Shown here one piece after another: positions 38,409-50,100 of a stretch of DNA of 64,000 nucleotides. Below the pieces are notes generated by a model, which was given only the letters and a program-made list of their open reading frames with translations, searched no databases and had not been told where the DNA came from. The first letter of the stretch is position 1; each line of letters opens with the position of its first letter. A program made the position numbers and the translations under genes. This stretch comes from a virus (Duplodnaviria > Caudoviricetes), in IMG/VR virus record IMGVR_UViG_3300013121_000019, positions 1 through 64,000 of that record. The stretch is one strand, 5' to 3'.

Positions 38409-38878
38409 GGACCTTACCCCGCAGCTTGTAGAAGAGGTACGTCTTGATCGCCGCCTTCTCGGACCTCACCAGGGGGTCGTTCGGCAGCGACTGGAACCAG
38501 GCGTCGAAGGCCGCGATGTCCGCGTCTACTTCCGCTTCGATCGCGGCCTTCTGGTCAGTTTCGGCTTCGACCTTGAGCACGGTACACCTCATTCGGGACG
38601 ATCGGCCGACGAAGCTCCCTCGAAAGGCTACGCCGCACGGCAGCGAAGTCGACACGCTGGCTGCCGTCCACCGGCTGTACCTCCAGCTCGTCGCCCATCA
38701 TCTGCACCAGCACCGACACCGCATCACCGTTGGCGTCGAGCGCGACCACCGCAGCACCATTTCGAATGTTCGTCATGACCGTTCTCCTTGTTCAGCTGAA
38801 GCCCACAGAGCCTCCTGGAGCGTTTGCTCAAGAGACACTATGTGACATGACACTCAGCTGATCAAGGGGAAAACCTCA

Positions 38879-39298
38879 TCAGGCGGCCATCTTGGCATCT
38901 CTTCCCATCACGATACCGTCGACGCTGCCGTGGTAGTAGGCGGGTAGCATCCCCATCGGAAGGAAACCGAAACGACGGTACAGCGCCTTCGCTGGCTCGT
39001 TGTCGGCGCGGACCATCAGGGTCTGGAACCGCACGGGTGACCGCTCGATGACCGCGCGCAGTAGATCCTCGCCGAGCCCCCGACGCCTGGCCGACTCCAG
39101 GACGCCGATGCGGACGAGCTCGTCGTAAGCCTCCTGGCGGTGCACCAGGCAGTAGCCCTGGCGGTCATCTGTCATGAGGCCGAAGCCGAGCTCGCGCACC
39201 CTGCTGACCGCCTCGAAGGACCAGCGGTCCCGCTCGAACACCTGGCAGTCCAGCCGGTGCACAGCCAACACATCGAGGTCGGTCATCATATCGATCAC
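38879..39298 (-). CDS. GNAT acetyltransferase, RimI-like
   Basis: 'IGV...RRRGLGEDLL', 'LMVRADNEPAKALYRRFGF', 'YY....DG..M'. Confidence 0.85.
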   Translation of the reverse strand: MIDMMTDLDVLAVHRLDCQVFERDRWSFEAVSRVRELGFGLMTDDRQGYCLVHRQEAYDELVRIGVLESARRRGLGEDLLRAVIERSPVRFQTLMVRADNEPAKALYRRFGFLPMGMLPAYYHGSVDGIVMGRDAKMAA

Positions 39299-39486
39299 AG
39301 CGTGGAACTCCCGAATACGCAGCCGCAGCCGCACTTGTACTCCGACGTCCCGTTGGTCTTCTTGACCTCGGAGACGAACTGGCTCTTGCACTTCGGGCAG
39401 GCCATCTTGCGGGGCCCGCCCTTGGCGCCCTGGTGAACTACGGTGGACTGCTGACCGGCCGGGATGATCGTTACCTTACGCGACAT
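39295..39486 (-). CDS. Small Zn-ribbon protein
   Basis: CPKC...CGCG; AAGGAGG RBS. Confidence 0.6.
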   Translation of the reverse strand: MSRKVTIIPAGQQSTVVHQGAKGGPRKMACPKCKSQFVSEVKKTNGTSEYKCGCGCVFGSSTL

Positions 39487-39496
39487 GGTGCCTCCT

Positions 39497-42400
39497 TCAG
39501 TCGCCGAAGATGACGGCGCCCTCCTCGGGATCGAACTCCTTCGGTGCCGAGGAGCTCTCAGAGTATCCGACCGGCTCGACCGGTGGCTCCTTCGTCGGCT
39601 GCTCGAGCCACGCTCGATGACCGGCGCAGAAGGCGGCCAACCCAAGTGCCGCCACGTACTCTCCGCGGTAGCGCGCCCAGTCGATCGGTCGCTGGCCGTT
39701 CTCGAAGGTCTCGCCCTCGACGCCATTGAGCCAGCCGAGGTACGGCATGCCGACCCACATGTCGTTGAAGGCCCGTTGGTAGATCGCCATGTTCTCGTCT
39801 GCGCCACCGAGGGCATCACGGAGCGCCATGTCGTTCTGGTACAGCTGCTGCAGATGGTGGTTCAGCGTGGCGGTGGTCTGATCCATCGATGTCTGAACCG
39901 CGCTCACTACGGAACTGGTGACATCCTCGTGTCGCTCCAGCGTCATCTGCTGGTTCAGGATCATCTCGTAAATGCCGTCGAGGCCATCAAGAAGATGACC
40001 CATCAGCTGCTTCAGGTGTGCCCACTTGACGAGACTTCCGTCGAGCTGACGACCCATCATGCTTCGCAGGCGATCGGTGAGCTTTTCCCTCGGCTGGCTT
40101 GGCATCTCGTGCAGATCCCTTGCCACCTTGCCGAGTTCCTCGACCTCTCGACGGTGCTGGTCCATCAGCATCTCGGTTTTCACCGCTTGCCTTCCCGCCT
40201 TCAGCTCCTGCTCGCTCATCGATCTTCCTCACTTCGTACTTGGACAGCTCATCCAGCAGCTCGACCTCGAACTGCTCCAACCTCTGCAAGATGTCGCGGA
40301 GCACTGCCTGCGGGACAATCCGCTCCGCGTAGGGGGCCTCCTCGCAGGTCAGCTGCTTGCGCGGAGGTGTGTCGAGCTCGACGTAGTCCTCGGACAGCGC
40401 ACGACCCAGATGGGCCCAGACGGTTCTACGGTACTGCAGCTCGAGCTGCTGCTCACGCGCGCCCATCACGCCACCAGGAACGCGTAGAAGCGCTTGTCGA
40501 TGCTAGCTCCCGCGGCGCTGTCCTTGATGATGTTGCGCAGCGGGTAGATGTGCTTGCCACGATCCTGACGTGCCTTGTTGAGCAGGTTGCCCTGACTTGG
40601 CTTGCCGATCTCCAGGGCCGACGTCACCCGGATGTCCGTCGGGTGGTACTTCAGGTAGATGTCGGCGTTGAACTGCAAGTCGCGGAAAAGGTTGTAGGTA
40701 GCCTCGGCCCACTTCTGCATGGGCAGCTTGAAGAACAACTCGCCGATTGTTTCGGCTTCGGTCCACCGTGACTGGCACACGGGACAGATACGGAATCCGA
40801 ACCCACTGTGGCTAGCACAGATCGGGGCCTGGCAGGTGTTCTTGCCCAGACGACGACCAGGACACAGGTAGACCTTCTCGTCGCCACCGCCGTTGAGCTT
40901 CGTGCCAGACTCGTAGAACGACATGACGCCGACCGTGAGTCCGTTGATGCGACGTTGCGTGCCGAACAGGATCTCGATTTTGTACTTGGCGATCTGCTTC
41001 CGCGCCAACAGCTTGTCGAGGTTGTCCTGCCGGGCCTTGAGGGCAAGCTGCTCGTCTTCCGACAGTGCCCGAACATCGACGGAATCGCGAATGGAACTCG
41101 CCTGTGTCTGCTGAACGCTCACTTCGACCTCCGCGGACTGTACGGTGCTTCGCCGCGCTTGCGCACAAGAGGCATCGGACGAACACCGGCGCCGTACTGC
41201 CCCGGAAGTCGTGCGACGTCTTCGACGTATCCTCGTGTTACTGGCGCTGAACGGATAGCCGACACGATAGAGGTTGCGGCGCCCTCGATCGACGCCGCAT
41301 CGATGATGAAGCGCCAGCCAAAGACTTGCTGACCGAGACGACCTTCATCGTCCTTCAGCGTGAAGTACTGCTTGGATGTGTCGATGGCCCACCCGTTGGC
41401 GCAGTCACGAAAGTGCTTCAGGAACGGCAGCCACTCCTGCATCGACACACCCGCATCGACCTTGCCGAGCAGGCGCAGCTTGGTGGGCTTCACCATACGA
41501 CTCCGCACGATGAACCCGCGGTCGCTCAGCGCCTGTTCGATACGGCCAACCGCCTCGTATAGCGTTTCCTCGCTCATTCTGTGATCTCGATGGCATCACC
41601 CGGAGACAGCCGGTTTCGAAGAGCAAGGAGCTCCTCGCGCCGATGTTCGATGGCCGTCAACGCCAAGGTCAACGACCCCATGACGGCGTCCGTGCCGGCC
41701 CACCCGATGAGCGAGATCGGACCATCGTTGCCCGCGTCGCTGGACTCCGTGATCCGCCGCTGCAGCGTGTTGAATGCGGTGCGGAAGACCATCAAGTCTT
41801 TGGTGGTCTCCTCGAGCGCCGTTGAGATGTCGGTGTACGTGAACTTCACGTCGGCTTCTCAGCGGGCTTGAACGCGACGAACACCATCGCGTCACCCAGG
41901 TAGAGCGGCACCGCCGACACCGGGTAGATCGGATCCTCGAAGATGCGCTGCGTGTGCCCTTCCGGATGCGGCGGCACGCAGAAGCGAACGTACGACTCGC
42001 CGCTCGTCAGCACGTCGATGATCGAAGAATCGTTGTACGGCAGCAGGTACTCGCCGAGTGCATTGCGACCGATCTCCGCCATGATGGTGAGCTCCTGCAG
42101 CTCGTACTGCAGGTGCAGCTGCGCCGGACGCGCGGTCTTCTTGTACCGAGCGATCACGTCGGGGTCGGTCAGCACCACCGGCCCCTGATCGGTCGCCTCA
42201 GCGGCCTGCTGTAGCGCCAACACGGCGGCCTCCGCGGTCTTAGGCGGTTCGACGGGACCATCCGGCACCTCGATCGGCGACTTCCAGCGCTGGAACTCAC
42301 CCAGCATGTCGGGGGTGATGACGCCGGTCTGAATGGTAGCTAGAGACAAGTCTTTCACTGGTCCTCCTCTCCGCGCGGGATGGTGAGCTTGAACGTCATG

Positions 42401-43864
42401 TGCGTGTTGGCCAGGTTCGTGGAGCTACCGTATCCGGCCGACAGGAACAAGCTGTACGAGGTGATCTGAGGGTCCGTGTAGACGGGCAACCCGTACAGCT
42501 CCTCGTGGCTCACGAACGAGACCCGTGTCGTGTCCTTGAACCAGCTCCAGAACGAGGTGGGTCGTCCCAGCACGAACGCGATCGGCTGAAGCCGCGCCTG
42601 CTGAATCGCATCGAACAGCCATGCCAGGCAGACCGCCGCGTTGTCCTGCAGCGTCGGTGTCTCGAGCTCCACGATCTCCCCGGCCACTCGGATCATCTCC
42701 CAGGGGCTCACCGTCTCGAGCGTGATCTCGGCAGGCGCATCCGACTCGCCTTCATCGACCACGCGGGTGAAGTGCACACCTTGACGGTCGAGCGTCACTG
42801 GGTACTGCACACGCGGAATCTTGATCAACGCTTCCATCGCCTCGACGATGGCGCGCTTGCCCAGCCCCTGCGGAAGACGGATGGTCTGTCGAATCTCTTT
42901 CATCAGATGGACTCCGCGTCGTACGGTGTCGTGTCCTTGGACTCTTCGGCCTCCAGGATAGCTCGAAAGTGATCCTCTACGATGCTCGTTAGGGTCACAT
43001 CGCGCGCTTCTGCGAAGGCGTGCATCTTCGTGAGCAGCCGCTGGCTGATGCGCAAACTCAAGCGGCCGCGCTTGCCGGATGCGGCCTTCTGGCTCACGGG
43101 GTCCTCACGAACTTGATCGCATCGAGGTAGTCGTCGAGGCCCTTGAAGTGCGGGAACATGGCGACGATCTCCTTGACCACCAGATCGTGCGCCAACTTGA
43201 GGTTCTCTTCGGTCATCGCCTTACCGACGAGGTGCTCGGACACGACCTTATCCAACTTCTCGAGCGTATTCCTGTTGAACGTCAGCCAGGACGGCAGCCA
43301 CATGAAGTTGATCTCGACGGTCGCTTTATCAGTTGGGACGACCAGCAGCACGGGCACCTCCTACATGGTTCTTGACGTACTCCATGATGGTCCGACGAAG
43401 CCACCGGCCGGTCCAGGCAGCGACGTCACGAAGGATCTCGTTGATCTCTTGTTGCTCTGCAGGAGTCAACTCTAGAACGACCTTCTGGGTCGACGCGGGC
43501 GGTTGACGACGCTTCACTTGGGAAGCTCCGCAGACCGCACGGTACCGGCCTCGCCGAGGATGCTCTCGAGGTTTGATCGGAACTCCTCGACGGCGTTCGA
43601 GATGCCGACGATCGTGTCGTCAGCATAGATGGTAAAGCTGATCGGCTGTGCCCCGTAACAAGACATCTGGCCCGTCAGCAGCTGGCACTTCACCGTCAGT
43701 GGCGCGGGGCTGTTCTCCATCAGTGTGTGGGCGACCTCGAACCAGGGCGCGCGCTCGTCCTCTGGAAGATACTGCCACTGTAGCGCCGGTTCACCTTGCC
43801 TGGCGGCGCAGTACGCGCGGTACGCCTTCTCGGCCAGCAGCTGCTTGAGCTCCTCGATGATCAT
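39497..43864 (-). other. Run of ~11 tightly packed hypothetical genes, including a Zn protein (40466..41122) and a ribbon-helix-helix-like protein (42903..43097)
   Basis: Consecutive minus-strand ORFs with start/stop overlaps; 'RLSLRISQRL...AFAEARDVTLTSIVE' fits an RHH pattern. Confidence 0.6.
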
Positions 43865-43988
43865 GTCGACCCCTTGTTGCGCCGCTTGGCAGCATCGCGG
43901 TCCGACTTCCACGACGCGAACCCGATGAACAGGATGACGAACCCCAGGCAGAGCGCCGTGAGGATGTCGTTCGGCGTGATGACGATCG

Positions 43989-44258
43989 TCACGGCACTTC
44001 CTCCCAATCCTCCGACAGCAGATCCGTTTGGCTAGCCAGCCACCCTACCACCAGCGGACCGTGTGCTGGCTTCATACAGATGAACTGACTGTCGGCATTC
44101 AACATGTCCGTGCCCGGTCCGTTGCCTACGATCTCATTCGGGGAGCAGCTCGCCAGGAAGATGAACATCCCCTTCCCGTTCCAGCCAGTACGAGCAACGC
44201 GTCCGCCGGCCTTTAGTAGCTGAAGCGCCACATCAAAGCCGAACAGCTCAGTCGCCAT
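43989..44258 (-). CDS. DUF2829 / Tad2-like protein (89 aa)
   Basis: 'FGFDVALQLLKAGGRVARTGWNGKGMFIFL...WLASQTDLLSEDW' is a full family signature. Confidence 0.85.
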   Translation of the reverse strand: MATELFGFDVALQLLKAGGRVARTGWNGKGMFIFLASCSPNEIVGNGPGTDMLNADSQFICMKPAHGPLVVGWLASQTDLLSEDWEEVP

Positions 44259-44556
44259 CGTGCACCTCACTCCAGTCCTCGGCGAAGACGTCGGCTTGCT
44301 CGGGCTCCCACGACGGAACAATGCGGCCCCGTCGATTCACCAGGAAGATGTGGCACCGCATGTCACCGGTCGGCATGGCCGGCGGGTGAAACACTGCCTT
44401 CTGCAGCTCCTCGACCGACACCGTCAGGAGGTCTGCACCGCACTGGCGGCCGCAGAACAAGTACTGACCCGGCAGTTCGCCGCGTGTGACCTTCTTGCCC
44501 TTCTTGAGCAGCTGGATGGCGACATCGAACCCGAAACGTTCACTCTTGTGGCTCAC
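44248..44556 (-). CDS. Divergent DUF2829 / Tad2-like protein (102 aa)
   Basis: 'FGFDVAIQLLKKGKKVTR...WEPEQADVFAEDW'; AGGAGG RBS. Confidence 0.7.
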   Translation of the reverse strand: MSHKSERFGFDVAIQLLKKGKKVTRGELPGQYLFCGRQCGADLLTVSVEELQKAVFHPPAMPTGDMRCHIFLVNRRGRIVPSWEPEQADVFAEDWSEVHDGD

Positions 44557-44881
44557 TGCGCGCCTCCTTCTTGAGAATGCTGATGTGAAGTTGCCTGTAG
44601 AGCTCATCCGGCACCGCCACGCGGTACAGGTCACCAAGCGGACCGAAGACTGTGATGTGCTTGTCGGTGAAGCCGCGCACCCACAGCTTCGGGTCTTGCT
44701 CCCCGAACTGCGTGTACTGGGCAGACTCGCCGATGGCCACACCCATCAGCGTGAACAACGCGTCGTTGCCCACGAGCTTGTCGGTCAGACGAAGCAGCTC
44801 GTCAGACACCAACCCGCCTTGGCACTCATCGACGAGCTGCTTGAGACGTTCCTTCTCCGCAAGCGTCAGAAGCGCCATCAC
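44540..44881 (-). CDS. Hypothetical protein
   Basis: 113 aa; its C-terminus resembles the N-terminal region of the upstream gene (V.VP.ELY). Confidence 0.55.
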   Translation of the reverse strand: MMALLTLAEKERLKQLVDECQGGLVSDELLRLTDKLVGNDALFTLMGVAIGESAQYTQFGEQDPKLWVRGFTDKHITVFGPLGDLYRVAVPDELYRQLHISILKKEARSEPQE

Positions 44882-45966
44882 GAACCTCCGTTGTAGATCA
44901 ACCAGTCCTCGGCCAGTAGGTCAGCCTCGCTGAACTGGTGGTTCATGCGGCATGTGCCATCGCCGTAGTACGCCACGAAGCAGGGGCGAATGGCAGCACG
45001 CAGAACTGACACACCTGGGTCTGCGAAGTGGACGCGTGCGTGCATCTTGCTGTCCCAGGCAGCCCGCCGCATGGCCTTACCCTCCTTCAGCAAGTAAAGG
45101 GCACCACTGAAGTCGAAGCGAATTGGCAACCCCACGGACCCTTCGATGCCCTTGCGCATGATGCCTGCGATCTGATCCTGGATCTTTTCCCTGTGGGACT
45201 GCAACGGCTTCTTCTCGACCGGTGTCTCCATGGAGGGGGCATCGACGAGATGCGCCACTACAGCCTCCAGCTCCGTAGCAGGCAGCACGCTCGAGATGAA
45301 CTTCGGGTAGACGGTCATGTCGATGCTGGTGAACGGTGTCACGCAGACCGGCAAGACTCGCACGCCACCTGTACTAATCATGTACAGCGACTGGCAGTTC
45401 GAGATCGGAGGAGTCGGAATCACGCGAAGCTCCTCCGCCGTCAGCGTCTCGTGCTGCGTGCCGTACCAGACACCATTGATGGCGAATCGGTACGGGGGCG
45501 GCACCTTGATGGTGTAGTCGCTGTCCTGCCGATCCAGCTGCTCCGTCACTTCCTTCACCACGTGTGCCATCGGCAGCGGCACCTGCTGGGACGAGTTCTT
45601 GAACGCGTTGACGATCTCCTCCGCGCTGAACATGTCGCTGTTCAGGTTTGCCGGTGTGGCGATGAGCGGAGGGTGTTCGATGGCCTCCTTTAGGGCCAGG
45701 TCAGCCTTCTCGTTGTACAGCGGGGTCTCGAGCTTCGGCGGCATACCGGGCTGAGAGAACTCCGCCAGCTCGCAGACTTCCTTGTACAGCTCTTCCGGCA
45801 CAGTGATGTCGTAAGTCTTGCCGCCAGGGCTCACGACCACTAGCCGGAACCCGTCCATTGTCGTCTCTTCGATGTGGCCGACAACGCCTAGCTTCGCGAA
45901 GGCATTGTCCATCGTCAGCCGCAGATCTTGAAGAGACTTCGTCTTTGCCTCGGTCGTGGCCTGCAT
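44878..45966 (-). CDS. Multidomain protein: multiubiquitin-like domain plus C-terminal DUF2829/Tad2-like domain
   Basis: 'YRFAING..Y....TLTAEEL...LY...IDM....KFIS' and 'FDFSGALYLLKEGKAMRRAAW...ADLLAEDW'. Confidence 0.6.
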   Translation of the reverse strand: MQATTEAKTKSLQDLRLTMDNAFAKLGVVGHIEETTMDGFRLVVVSPGGKTYDITVPEELYKEVCELAEFSQPGMPPKLETPLYNEKADLALKEAIEHPPLIATPANLNSDMFSAEEIVNAFKNSSQQVPLPMAHVVKEVTEQLDRQDSDYTIKVPPPYRFAINGVWYGTQHETLTAEELRVIPTPPISNCQSLYMISTGGVRVLPVCVTPFTSIDMTVYPKFISSVLPATELEAVVAHLVDAPSMETPVEKKPLQSHREKIQDQIAGIMRKGIEGSVGLPIRFDFSGALYLLKEGKAMRRAAWDSKMHARVHFADPGVSVLRAAIRPCFVAYYGDGTCRMNHQFSEADLLAEDWLIYNGGS

Positions 45967-45968
45967 GG

Positions 45969-46451
45969 TCAGTTGAACTCCAACAGCTGGTCTGCCGGGT
46001 AACAGCAGAGGATGTCGCACTCGCGCAGCAGCATGTGGTCCTGCCCCAGCAGGTGCGTGAGCTTCTTCCCCTGGGTGTGCTCCTGGTGCCAGCGGAGGAA
46101 CGCGACCCGCTCGCCGACCTGCGCGTCCACCGGAACCCGCACGCCGGTGTCGGTGCGACGACCAGGACCGACCGCCACGATGGTGCCGGTCCGGACGTGC
46201 TCGGTCTCCCGATTGCCCGTCAGGATGATGCCGTTCTTCTCCTCACGGAACGGATCGACGCGAACCAGCAGGTAGTCCGCGTACGGCTTGGTCTTCAGGG
46301 GATCGACCGGTTCGTCAGCGCGGCCAGACCACTCCGGATCTCGCGCAAGACTGTCGGACATGGCGTCGTACTCGTGCTGACTCATGAAGTTGACCGGCTC
46401 GTCCACGCTGATCGAGTCCGCCGGTACGCCTCGGATGGGCTTCCGCATCAC
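45969..46451 (-). CDS. groES: Co-chaperonin GroES-like protein
   Basis: 'KPYADYLLVR...GIIL...GTIVAVGPG......PVD.QVGERV.F...LLRECDIL'. Confidence 0.85.
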   Translation of the reverse strand: MMRKPIRGVPADSISVDEPVNFMSQHEYDAMSDSLARDPEWSGRADEPVDPLKTKPYADYLLVRVDPFREEKNGIILTGNRETEHVRTGTIVAVGPGRRTDTGVRVPVDAQVGERVAFLRWHQEHTQGKKLTHLLGQDHMLLRECDILCCYPADQLLEFN

Positions 46452-46620
46452 TCGCCTTCCTTCTGCTGGCCGCTGAGATCCAGCGGCTCATCCGTGAGCT
46501 CGACCTTGACGCCTGCCTCGAGGGGCTGCTTCGCGGAAGTGTCCTTTGTGACCTCCAGAAAGAAGCGGCTGATGTCGTCCCACTGCTGCTGGGTAAAGCG
46601 CAACACCTGGGGTCGCGGCA

Positions 46621-49600
46621 TCACTGCTCTCCCGTGACGTCGACGTCATCGTCGGAGGGCGGGGCCCCTGCAGACTTCGTCACGGTGCGCTCGGCCAGCT
46701 TCGCCTTCATGGCGGTCTGCAGCCAGTCGCTCGGGATCTGCAGGCTCTTGGCTTCGCGCTCGTCGCCGATGAAGTAGAACGACTGACCGTCGTACCCGAC
46801 GATCCGCGGATGAACGGTGCCCTGATCATCCGAGAAGAAGACGCTGAACAGCTGCATAGGCGCCATCGCCAGCAGCTGCTTCGGGGCCGCGATCTCGGGC
46901 CGCTTGCTGCGCTCGGAACGACCACCCATGATGCGAACGGAACGCGAACGGGAGTTGTTGGGACCTACGATGCTCATGTCGACTCCTTGATCTGCTGCCA
47001 CTTACGGTTGAGCTCCTCGAGGTCGTGGCGGGACATCCAGGGGCTGTTGGGATTCCACTTCTCTGTGATGTAGAAACGATCGAACGGCTTTGACAGAAGC
47101 TCAAGCGCGTCAAAGGTCGCCATGTGCGGGCCGAGCTCTAGCACTCGGAAGAGTGCCAGGCACTTCTTCCTACAGACGAACACGCGGTCAACATCGTAGA
47201 CCGTCGACCACATGCCGCAGCCAGGGCACTCGATGTCGCCGTTGCGGCGGCCGTAGTGAACTGTGCCGTGAAAGTGGTCGGTCATCGGGTCCACCGGGCG
47301 CTGCACCGGTAGCGGCCGACGTAGCGCGTCAGCGAGCGGGTTCTTCTCCGTCAGATGGTCGGGCTCGTACGTCAGCGACTTGATAGCCCGAACCGGATCG
47401 GTACGGAGCATCTCGACGAACTCGGGCTCCATCTCAATCGGAACCAGGCCGGGTCGATCATCACGATGAAAGAGCAGACGGTCACCCGGCTGCAGCTGCA
47501 AGTGGACCAACCGCATCATGCGGCTGAAGCCCTCCTGCCCGAAGGCCATCGGCGGGTGACCCTCGACCGTGATGCTGCCCGACGACAGAATCGAATCTCC
47601 TTCACGGTGGTACTTCAGGGTGACGGTTCGCACTTCGGCTCCTTGGGCTCGACGATCTTGTAGACGATGGCGCCGTGTGTCGACGCCCCGAAGTACATCC
47701 TGTGTCCGCTGTCGAACTCGATCCACTCGAGGCAGAAGCGCGTGTCGGACACGCTGTGACCGCCGATCAGGTGGATCTGCTTGTTACGAAGAAGAGACTC
47801 GACCGCATCACGAGAACACGCACGCTCTGACGGAAGTCCCTGGCCAGAGCATGCCCGACACGTCTCGGCGTACGTGAGCTCGCGGGTGCCGCTGTGTAGA
47901 AGACCGCGCTCCACCGCTGCGAGCTCCGACAGCGTAACCGCTCGACCTCCACAGCCCCAGCACTGCAACTCCGTGCGGCTGAGCGTCATAGCCTGCTGCT
48001 CGGTGCAGATGACGCGCGCGGCCTCCGAGCAAATTGAGCACTGCACGACGATCATACGGACGGCACCCCGTCTTCGTCGCCATCGAACTGCTGGCGTGGC
48101 CTGCGTCCGGCCACCTGCGGGTTGCCAGCATCATCCTTTTGGATCGTGCGGACCGGTGGAGGCCCCTGACGAGGATCCCACGCCGGCCGTTGCGGCGGAG
48201 CCTGTGACGCCCACGGGGTCGCCTCTGCGGCGGCAGCCGGTGGACGGCTGTAATCGTCCGCCTCTTCCGGCACATGAGCCTCGAAGTCACCGCCAAAGAC
48301 CGGCGCCTCGGCCTCGAGGGTGAACGACTCTCGAGGTGCCTGGGGTGCCTGAGGCGTGGGCGCTCGAGGTGCAGGCGGCGTCGGCCGCGCAGGCTCCGCC
48401 GTCATGGTGTTCTGGATGATGTAGGACGCGATGTCGGGCGAGATGTTCGCCCGTAGCTCGGTCCCGTCCGGCAGCTGAAGCACCGCCACCAGGGTCTCGG
48501 CCTTGGTGCCAAGGTCGATGCGGTTCTCGATGCCTGTGATCTTGGCGTGCATCACTTGCTGTCTTTCTGGGGGCACCAGTAGACGACCCGGTACTGCCTA
48601 CAGTGGTAGAGCAGACCGCTCGACTGACACATGAGACCCACCGGTTGACCGCCAGCGCACGGCTGCTCGGGAACGAACGGCTTCGAACCGTCATCCGACA
48701 GTACGAACCACACGCCCAACATCAACAGGCCGAATACCGACATGGCCATAGCGACGAGATTGGGGGTGCGATCCGGCGGCATGGCAAAGTGATTCATCGT
48801 GTACCCTCCTCACAGGTGCAGCACTTGTACGGGTTTGGCGGAGCTAACGCCGCGATAATCACTCCACCTGCCACAACCGCAACGAACAGCATGACCATCA
48901 GCAGCATGGAGCCAGCGTCTCGCTCATCGGCGATTGCCCTGTGCTCCACAGGTGGCTGTGCCCGGTACGGGGCGTTCATCGCGGCACCATCGGAAGTCGA
49001 CGATGCGCGTCGGCTTCACGGGCATCTTCTCGTTTGTTCCACCTGATGAGCTCGAGGGCGATGATGTTGACGTGCTTGGCCTCGCGGTACCCGTTGACCA
49101 GCTCGAGGCAACGAGCCCAGGGCTGCCCGATGTGCTCCTTCGATGGGGTCACAAGGAACGCGATGCAGTCAGGACCGCAGACGCGCTCCATGGAACGGTG
49201 ACACATCAAGTTGTCGCCAGGCGGTACCGGGTTGGTCTCGACCGGCAACTCGTCGTTGTCAGGGTACTCGGCCACGGCGTGCCTCCTCTGCTACGTGCTT
49301 CTTGCGAACGTCATCGGAGTACGTCAGCACGATGGCGTTCATCACACTCTTGAGTACCGCGATCAGGTACGTCGACAAGAGAGCCTTGTCGGTGGCCTGC
49401 ACAAAGCCGAACTTCACCAGCAGACGCCCGAGAGGAAGCGACAGATGCTGCGCCAGCGTGACCTGCACTTCCTTGACGAACGCCTTGAGCATTAGCTCGG
49501 CATTGGCCTGGCTGGCGCCAAGCGTTGCGATGAGCTCCTTCTCCAGTCCGGTCCAACCGCACTCGCCACACGACGCGGTACCGGCAACCGCCTGAACATC

Positions 49601-49669
49601 GACGTGCTGCCCGTTCATGCACTTCGGGCACAGCCGAATGAGTTCCTTTTCCTTGATCAACGTTTCCAT
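46621..49669 (-). other. Run of ~8 small hypothetical genes (Zn-ribbon, Pro-rich and membrane proteins)
   Basis: Packed minus-strand ORFs: 46621..46977, 46974..47633, 47615..48055, 48052..48552, 48552..48797, 48794..48979, 48976..49275, 49259..49669. Confidence 0.55.
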
Positions 49670-50100
49670 GGGATGGATGGCCCCATCTTCTGCAGAAGGC
49701 TCGGACTGACCGAGCCAACGGGTTCCGGCGCGGCCGCAACGCGCTTGGCGCGCTTCAGCCGACTATCGATGGTCTTCTCATGCTTCTTGGTGATCACCAA
49801 CGGGCCGATCTCTGCCTCGCGGCGCATGACCTCCACGATCGCGCTGACCTCACGGCTCTTGACTGTCTTGAGGTACGGGAATGCGATCTCCATGTACTCT
49901 TGGAAGGCTTTCATACCTTCGGTCTTGTCCACCAGAATCTGAGCAAGGGCCCTTAGCTGTGCGTGCTGAATGTTGTCTTGCATCATCACGAACAGAAGCA
50001 GCGCAGACTCCCGAACCGACCCTCTCTTGGGCGGCCCCTGCAGGGTGTGAAAGAGCAGCTTGGCTCTAGCCCACCCTTCGGGAGTCTTCAGCCATTTCCC
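49657..50100 (-). CDS. Putative frameshift extension (GT-like) of tail assembly chaperone
   Basis: Open -1 frame beginning at the slippery GGGAAAT and reading GKWLKTPEGWARA... Confidence 0.55.
   Translation of the reverse strand, partial: GKWLKTPEGWARAKLLFHTLQGPPKRGSVRESALLLFVMMQDNIQHAQLRALAQILVDKTEGMKAFQEYMEIAFPYLKTVKSREVSAIVEVMRREAEIGPLVITKKHEKTIDSRLKRAKRVAAAPEPVGSVSPSLLQKMGPSIPWKR

Noticed and set aside
39987-40219. Long overlap of 39987..40469 with 39497..40219 as a dual-coding region
   Set aside because: The overlapping tail looks like an off-frame run-on with biased composition; no evidence of function.
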